Assembly (NCBI GenBank): GCA_965644315.1
Contig: CBFFRQ010000079.1
Location: 186,001-250,000 of the forward strand
DNA: 64,000 bases
Direction: 5' to 3'
Source: Caecitellus pseudoparvulus
Lineage: Eukaryota; Protista; Bigyra: Bicosoecida
This document shows positions 56,801 through 64,000 of this stretch, piece by piece. A program made the translations under genes and the position numbers. Within the stretch, counting starts at the first letter, position 1, and each line of letters starts with the position of its first letter. The notes beneath the pieces are model-generated. The model did no database searches. It worked only from the letters and a program-made list of their open reading frames with translations, and was not told where the DNA came from.

Positions 56801-58701
56801 GGCCACCTGGGAGTGGGGGTCCGCCTGTGGGCAAGGCGCCGAGGCCACCTGGGAGTGGGGGTCCGCCTGTGGGCAAGGCGCCGAGGCCACCTGGGAGTGG
56901 GGGTCCGCCTGTGGGCAAGGCGCCGAGGCCACCTGGGAGTGGGGGTCCGCCTGTGGGCAAGGCGCCGAGGCCACCTGGGAGTGGGAGTCCGCCTGTGGGC
57001 AAGGCGCCGAGGCCACCTGGGAGTGGGAGTCCGCCTGTGGGCAAGGCGCCGAGGCCACCTGGGAGTGGGAGTCCGCCTGTGGGCAAGGCGCCGAGGCCAC
57101 CTGGGAGTGGGGGTCCGCCTGTGGGCAAGGCGCCGAGGCCACCTGGGAGTGGGAGTCCGCCTGTGGGCAAGGCGCCGAGGCCACCTGGGAGTGGGAGTCC
57201 GCCTGTGGGCAAGGCGCCGAGGCCACCTGGGAGTGGGGGTCCGCCTGTGGGCAAGGCGCCGAGGCCACCTGGGAGTGGGGGTCCGCCTGTGGGCAAGGCG
57301 CCGAGGCCACCTGGGAGTGGGAGTCCGCCTGTGGGCAAGGCGCCGGGGCCACCTGGGAGTGGGAGTCCGCCTGTGGGCAAGGCACCGAGGCCACCTGGGA
57401 GTGGGGGTCCGCCTGTGGGCAAGGCGCCGAGGCCACCTGGGAGTGGGGGTCCGCCTGTGGGCAAGGCGCCGAGGCCACCTGGGAGTGGGGGTCCGCCTGT
57501 GGGCAAGGCGCCGGGGCCACCTGGGAGTGGGGGTCCGCCTGTGGGCAAGGCGCCGAGGCCACCTGGGAGTGGGGGTCCGCCTGTGGGCAAGGCGCCGAGG
57601 CCACCTGGGAGTGGGGGTCCGCCTGTGGGCAAGGCGCCGAGGCCACCTGGGAGTGGGAGTCCGCCTGTGGGCAAGGCGCCGAGGCCACCTGGGAGTGGGA
57701 GTCCGCCTGTGGGCAAGGCGCCGAGGCCACCTGGGAGTGGGAGTCCGCCTGTGGGCAAGGCGCCGAGGCCACCTGGGAGTGGGGGTCCGCCTGTGGGCAA
57801 GGCGCCGAGGCCACCTGGGAGTGGGGGTCCGCCTGTGGGCAAGGCGCCGAGGCCACCTGGGAGTGGGAGTCCGCCTGTGGGCAAGGCGCCGAGGCCACCT
57901 GGGAGTGGGAGTCCGCCTGTGGGCAAGGCGCCGAGGCCACCTGGGAGTGGGAGTCCGCCTGTGGGCAAGGCGCCGAGGCCACCTGGGAGTGGGAGTCCGC
58001 CTGTGGGCAAGGCGCCGAGGCCACCTGGGAGTGGGGGTCCGCCTGTGGGCAAGGCGCCGAGGCCACCTGGGAGTGGGGGTCCGCCTGTGGGCAAGGCGCC
58101 GAGGCCACCTGGGAGTGGGGGTCCGCCTGTGGGCAAGGCGCCGAGGCCACCTGGGAGTGGGGGTCCGCCTGTGGGCAAGGCGCCGAGGCCACCTGGGAGT
58201 GGGAGTCCGCCTGTGGGCAAGGCGCCGAGGCCACCTGGGAGTGGGGGCCCGCCTGTGGGCAAGGCGCCGAGGCCACCTGGGAGTGCTAGTTTGTCCCTTC
58301 GTGAAGGTGTTTCAGTTCCTCGTGTTGGATCTCGTCGTCAATCATCCGTTTCGTTGGCAGGCACTTCGTCAGATGGTCTTGTGCAGGATTCCTCCCGGGA
58401 CTCCCAGCAGCGCCCGCAATCGTCGGAGTCGAGGCAGGATGATTTTTTCGCGAAACTGAGGGCGCAGAAGGCAGCAGAGGAGGCTTCTGCTGCAGCTGCA
58501 GAGGCTGCCGCACTTGCTGCGATGACACCCGAGGAGCGTGCCGTTGCTGAGGCGGAGAAGGCTGCAGAGGACAAGCGGCAAGCCAAGGCAGACCAAATGA
58601 TGAAGAAGCAGCTTGGAGCATATGGAAGTTCTGCGTCTCGGTTGGGGCGTGGTCGTGGTCGTGGTCGGGGCCGCGGGCGTGGTCGTGGGCGAGGGAAGTG
58701 A
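50804..58701 (+). CDS. Giant (about 2580 aa) Pro/Ser-rich repeat protein with a C-terminal charged helix and a GR-dipeptide tail
   Basis: Probable exon 1 50804-50860 and phase-0 intron GTACGT..ATGCAG 50861-51003, then ORF 50998-58701, open across both repeat arrays. Both repeat periods are multiples of 3. Confidence 0.75.
53638..54288 (+). repeat. 156-bp coding tandem repeat x4.2 (52-aa unit)
   Basis: Units start at 53638, 53794, 53950, 54106 and (partial) 54262: EGSTSSWSSGDANLPAADASGARPSIMFKRTTGERQRMLPAAEGIDEAVSDG. Confidence 0.97.
54385..58290 (+). repeat. 42-bp coding minisatellite x93 (PPVGKAP[R/G]PPGS[G/V][S/G])
   Basis: Unit ccgcctgtgggcaaggcgccgaggccacctgggagtggg[a/g]gt; 3906 bp / 42 = 93 units with no indels. 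Confidence 0.98.
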
Positions 58702-58714
58702 ATTGTGAGAGGCA

Positions 58715-59202
58715 TCAGGCGGCGGCCCCGGATGTGTCTGGTGCTTGCATGACCAGAGTGATTGTGTCACCCTTCAGCAGCAGTCGGCCTGTGCAGTGCA
58801 GCGAGTTCAGTGAAGCGCTTGGTGAACAATGTAGTGAGTCGTGAGTGTGTGGCGTACCCAGCTCGGTGCGAGACCGCTTCTTCGCATCCACCTCCTCTGC
58901 ATCATCAAGCACAACGTTCATGTACTCGTCGAAACCCTGCACGGGGAAGCGCCGCTGAGGTGTGCGTTCTGGCGCTTGAGGCGCACAGTGCAAGGCAACC
59001 TACGATGATTCGCCCCTCCAGCTTGGTAGTTGTGTTTTCGTAGAGCCAGATTTGCACACGAGTTTTCTGCAAACATGGGGCTTGGTGGTGGGGCGACGCA
59101 CATGCGCCAAGCGATGGAATGCTGCCTCACGTTCTGCAGGAACTTGAACAGCTGCACGATTGGCTGCGTCATCACCTTGTTTACACGCTGCCTATCAGCC
59201 AT
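58715..59202 (-). CDS. SNRPE: Small nuclear ribonucleoprotein SmE
   Basis: Spliced: [24 protein letters not shown]|[21 protein letters not shown]|[20 protein letters not shown]|[13 protein letters not shown]. Three introns. Confidence 0.96.
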
Positions 59203-59667
59203 GTTGGTCGTGGGTGTGGCGGGGGGCAGCAAGTGCGCACTGTGTGCAGTGCGGTAATTGCGCTTTGGGCGCTTGTCCACTACAAAAGGCAGCCAGGCGG
59301 TAGCGGAGAAAGAAGCACAAGAGATGGACACATCTACCCAAGTTGTGGGTATCAACATGGGTAGCAGGCATAGAGAAGTGGCGGGCGAGGTCAGTTTGAA
59401 GGGGTGTGAGATATCAATTTCCGCAGTTCAGCCACCTGCTGTGGTTGAGGACTTGGCGCAAATTCCAGCAACTCTCAGGGCATTATGCCAACGCGGGTAC
59501 CTGGGCAGCGTCTCCTCGTTTTCGGGAGGGCGTTGTCTCGCTGGCGCAGCCCATCGCTCGTATTCGTTGCGCTGAGCGGAATTACCGTTCGCTCGTGTCG
59601 CTGCAGCTCTCAGACTTGCCCTTGAGTGACTGGGGCTTGGCCAGACTTGGACGCAATTCTGCAGAAA

Positions 59668-62600
59668 ATGGCTGACTACGAGAAGCCCTTGCGAGTGGAG
59701 GATGCGTTGGAGTACTTGGATCAGGTGAGCGCAGGGCTCCAAAATGTGCCACCACGCCGCAGCTCGTTTGTGTGGGCGCTGTGGGCGGCATAGGCACCGC
59801 TTGCCTCAAGACTATGCCTGTGCGCTGTTTCCAGGTGAAGCGTGTGTTCGTCAACCAGCAGGACATCTGTGAGTCTCGCAGCAGGGTGCTTGCGTGGTGC
59901 ACTGCACTTGCAACTGAAGGTGCCATGAACGCTTTGCCATGAGCATGTACCGCCGCTATCTATGCTGCAGACAACCGCTTTCTGGAAATCATGAAGAACT
60001 TCAAGTCTCAAACGTGAGGTTTCTGTGACCCGCATTGCCACCAGCAGTGCACCTGTAGCTGGCTCGCTCCTTGCAGCATCAACACTCCTGGCGTTATCCG
60101 CTGCGTGTCGGAGCTGTTTCGGGGACACAATGACCTGATTCTGGGCTTCAATACCTTCCTTCCGCCGGGTTACAAGATCGAGGTTAGTGGAGCTACGCTG
60201 CTGTCAGCAGCAAAGGCTTCTGCACAACCCTGCACCCCTGCGTTCTCAGCTGGTGTCCCGCCCAGGGCTGTACGGCGTCCCTGACTCGGTGCACCCTGTT
60301 GCTGTTGCCGACCCCTCCATGGCTGGAGTGCCCATGACAGACAGCATGGACATGGTGGGTGGCGGCCAAGAAACCCTGACGCAGGCAAGGTGTGTGGCCA
60401 GCTTGAGCCTGAGCAAACGAAGGCCAGGGTGCCAACCCGATCTCCTTGCTTCACAGACAACAAGGGCAACCCCCTGAGTTTGACCATGCCATCAGCTACG
60501 TGACAAAGATCAAGCGCCGTTTTTCAGGTGATCCCACGACGTACCGGCAGTTCCTTGAGATTCTTCACTCCTACCAGAAGCAGAAGGAGAGCATCAAAGA
60601 CGTGCTGGACAAGGTGTCTGTGCTGTTTCAGGATCATCCAGATCTGTTGGTGGATTTCACGTATTTCCTGCCGGATGCAGTGCAAGACCAAGCCAAGGAG
60701 CGCCTGTCTCGTGCTGCAGCCCGCAGTCGGTCGCGCAAGGCTGCCCTGCGTCAGGATGCTGAAGCAGCTCGCGAAGCTGACCGAGCTGGGAGCCGGGCCA
60801 GGTACTCGAGGTACATAGAAGACCGCATGCGGTCCGAGTCTGCTCGCCACCAGCAGTTCCTGGCGGACCGAGCCTTCGAACGTGAGCGAGACACGCAGCT
60901 GTTGGGGTTCGGGCCAGGTCGAACCGCGCGCGGACAAGAGGTGGCGCGCCGGCGCCGCGAGGCGGAGGATGAGATGCACCTGCAGCTGCCGCCGACTGAG
61001 CAGGCTCTCTTCCTCAGCATCAAGGTCTCTTTGACGCGGCTGCAATGGCTGACCTTCCTGAAGTGCCTGGACATGTTCACCAGGGACATCGTCACGACGC
61101 AAGAGCTACTGCTCCTGCTGGCAGACCTGTTCACAGACCGCCACGCCCACTTGCTGCAGGATCTCAGGGTGCTGTTGGAGAGCCGCGGAGGCGTGGAGCT
61201 CAGCGCTCAGGACGCATGGTTCACCATGCCTGTCTCTGAAATTGACTTCAGTGACTGCGAGAGCTGCACGCCTTCCTACCGGGCGTTGCCCAAGGGCTAC
61301 CCACTCTCTGCCTGCTCAGCTCGGGCTGGGTGGGAAAATGCCGTCTTGAACGACGTGTGGGTCAGCGTGCCCACTGGCAGTGAGGACTTCTCCTTCAAGC
61401 ACATGCGCCGCAACCAGTACGAGGAGGCGCTCTTCCGCTGCGAGGATGAGATGTTTGAGGTGGACATGGCCATTGAGAATGACTGCAGCGCAGTGAGGGC
61501 TCTGCAGCCCTTGGCAGATGAGATTGAGGCCCTGGCAGCAGTGCCCAACTTTGAGTGGCACTTCCGCTTGGACAGGCGCTGCCTTGGCGTGCTGCACTTG
61601 AAGGCCATTGCGCGCGTGTACGGCGAGTTTGGCGGGGAGGTGCTGGAGCTGCTGAAGAAGAACCCTGGGGGCGCGATCCCCATCATTCTCAAGCGCCTCA
61701 AGCAAAAGGACCAAGAGTGGCGCCGCGCGCGCCTGGAGCTGGTCAAGGTTTGGAAGGACACCCAAGCCAAGAACGACAGCAAGAGCTTGGACCATAGGTC
61801 CTTCTACTTTCGCACCTCTGACAAGCGTGCGCTGTCGCAGAAAGGCCTCCTGGCAGATGTCAAGAAGCGTGTGGAGGAGGTTGCGGCAGCCGCCGAGCGG
61901 CACCCCGTATCACCATCTGAGGCGGTTCCAGTTTCCGAAGACGCAGATGAGCAGGCAGCGGCCGCAGCACAGGAAGCCGCCCTGCAAGCACAGGTTGTTC
62001 GCAGCGACTCCGGCGAGGTGCTGCGCATTGAGCCGACGCTGCATTTCCTGATCAAGGACACCCGGCTGTATGGGGATGCTGCCGCTGTGCTGGCGTACGC
62101 AGTGGAGCAGCTGCCCGAACCACACCGGCCCCGCGCTGCTGCCGTGTGGAGAAATTTCATCAGCCCCTTCCTGGGCATCAAGGCGGATGACTTGGGTGCC
62201 CGCGCAGCTGGCCTTGCAAGCCCTCTGGGCCCCCACCGCATCGGAGACAGCGTTCAGACGCCGTATGGGACCGGCATCGTGACAGATGCTCGCTTGGCTA
62301 GCCACAGCCCACGCGGTGCTGGCGGTCTCATGGAGGCTCCTGCTGAGGTGCGTCCCTTGCTCAAGGACAGCGATGTGTCGTTGGACGACCCCGTGCTGTA
62401 CACGGTGCTGTTGCAGTGGGGCTCAGTCGTCATCCAAGCGGCGCAGGTTGCTGCGGCTTCCAGTGCTCCCGCAGCAGCGGCAGGCGGGCAGTCTGTCCAA
62501 CAAGCTGGCTCCCGCATCGGCCAGGCGCCACCTGGACACCCAGCGGCCAGCTTTGAAGGCAAGGTGCGCCCCACCAGCACGGTGACTCCGCCTGGTGCCC

Positions 62601-63985
62601 TGGCTCCTGGACCTGTGTCTGGCCGGGACGGCAGCAGCATGGTTGCGGCTCATGCCACTGGCTCGGAAAATGCCGAACAAGCCATGGCAGCAGCAGCCAC
62701 AGCAGGGGGTGTCCGCGTGGCTGTCGAGGCTTCTCGGGCCGAGCACGACGTGGCCCGTGTGGCAGTCCCCTTCGCCAGCATGGAGGCTGAGCTGCGCGCA
62801 GCCCTCGAGGCAGCTGGGCCACCCAAGTCGTCTGCAGTGGTGTACACCTCTGCCACGGAGTACGCCTTCTTCCGCATGCTGCACATTCTCTGCGAGAGGC
62901 TGGCGCGAGCCAAGGCGCTGTGTGAGCAAGCTGCCAAACGCCCTCAGGCAGGTGCAGGGGCCCACATTGAGGAGAGGGCCTTGGCCGCCGCCGCCGAGCC
63001 TGGCATGGACTTGGCGGCTGCTGCTGACGCAGTGCTGGCTGGGGGAGCCGGTGGCGCGGATGAGGAGGGGGAGGGGGCTAGTGGCATGTCCGCGGAGGAG
63101 ACATACCAGCACTTCCTGACGGCCCTGTACGCAGCCATTGACGGCAGCAGTGACGGCGGCAAGTATGAAGATGAGTGCCGGACGCTCATGGGGACCGGTT
63201 CGTATGTGCTGTTCACGATGGACCGCTTGGCTGCCCTCGCCGGCAAGCAGCTCGTGGCCATGACGACGGACCAGACCGCCGTCAAGCTGCGCGGCCTGTA
63301 CGAGTACAATGCGGCACGGGTGGCCCTGGCAGAGGCGTCCCTGCCTCCAGCTGAGGCGGCCAGGGAGCGACTGCTGGCTGCGCGTACCTACCGCGCGAAC
63401 GTGGCCGCCTTGGCCAGCACTGTCCAGGAGGACGTGTTTGCTGTGCAGTACGTGAAAGAGGATCCCCGTGTGGTGCGCACGGCGCGCAGTGTGGCATACC
63501 GTGCTGGCTTGCGCCGTGAGCGGGGAGGCGTCGCAGGTGGCGCGGCGCTGGTGGATCCTATGGCGCCTCAGGACAGCGACGAGTACACAGCCACCTTGAG
63601 TATCCAGTACTTTGGACGGGGTGGAGTATTTGCTGAGGAGCTGCCGCATGCCACACTGGGCCTCATCAACCCAGCCGTGCCTGTCAGCGTCTCACGCACT
63701 GTGGGCGAGGGCACCACACTTCTCGCGCGGGCCAGTGCTCCGGCAGAAGACGAAGCTGAAGAGGCTGCGGCAGACAGGGCAGGCGCCGCCGCCGCTGCAG
63801 CTGCAAGGAAGCCTTTCCTCCAGCGCACCGTTGGGGATGTGCCTGCGGCTGTGGTGCAGAACAACATGTCCAGTGTGGCGTCCAAGGCAGGCGGCCTCGT
63901 GGCTATGTCTGGCGGAGAGGATGTTGTGCTGCGAGGGGGGGGGGCTCCCGCTGATTCCGAAGGTGACGTCCAACTGGCGAAGTGA
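59668..63985 (+). CDS. SIN3: Paired amphipathic helix co-repressor Sin3
   Basis: PAH1 split over small exons ([12 protein letters not shown]|VKRVF..|[15 protein letters not shown]|[30 protein letters not shown]); PAH2 [21 protein letters not shown]; [28 protein letters not shown]; [10 protein letters not shown]; C-terminal [15 protein letters not shown]. Confidence 0.96.
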
Positions 63986-64000
63986 CGCAATTCACCTCCA

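Noticed and set aside
54385-58290. CRISPR array or telomeric/centromeric satellite
   Set aside because: Units are head-to-tail with no unique spacers and no cas genes are present. The array is in frame within a long ORF with unique coding flanks.
54251-58459. Alternative-frame ORFs of 1341, 1307, 561 and 744 aa as separate genes
   Set aside because: They are by-products of a stop-free 42-bp unit and end close to the array boundaries. Only the PPVGKAP frame continues into long unique sequence on both sides.
58645-58698. Functional link between the GR-repeat tail and the adjacent SmE gene
   Set aside because: RG tails occur on SmB/D1/D3, not SmE. The tail belongs to the opposite-strand gene, and adjacency alone is not evidence.
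1-64000. Endogenous virus, virophage or transposon
   Set aside because: No capsid, packaging ATPase, integrase, transposase or RT motifs, no terminal repeats, and no AT-rich island were seen. Genes mostly carry host-type introns.

Overview
Gene-dense, GC-rich eukaryotic (protist) nuclear DNA with short GT-AG introns (mostly 60-175 nt). The style suggests a heterotrophic stramenopile, but the lineage cannot be fixed from this window. There are about 18 protein-coding genes and three tRNA-Pro genes (two identical AGG copies in tandem, one CGG). Recognisable genes: a signal-peptide type-I DnaJ, bifunctional LKR/SDH (AASS), TAPT1/Emp65, a TPR-GT41 glycosyltransferase, SURF1, a P4-ATPase flippase, a sedolisin/TPP1, a USP47-like deubiquitinase, a PLAC8 protein, a Slo/BK-type K+ channel, SmE and Sin3. 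Several orphan genes are also present. Most notable observations: (1) a giant ORF carrying exactly 93 copies of a 42-bp/14-aa Pro-rich unit with a 966-bp higher-order period; (2) an orphan with a mitochondrial beta-signal-like C-terminus; (3) a protein with two extended AP2-like domains; (4) a GT41 with a signal peptide next to a second secreted GT-like orphan; (5) an intron-containing, apparently N-myristoylated member of an uncharacterised family that I recall from bacteria and giant viruses; (6) a recurring TCAATTTCCGCA-like motif near gene 5' ends; (7) convergent genes with overlapping coding ends. No CRISPR array, rRNA or recognisable transposon was found. All exon models were derived by eye and need RNA-seq confirmation.
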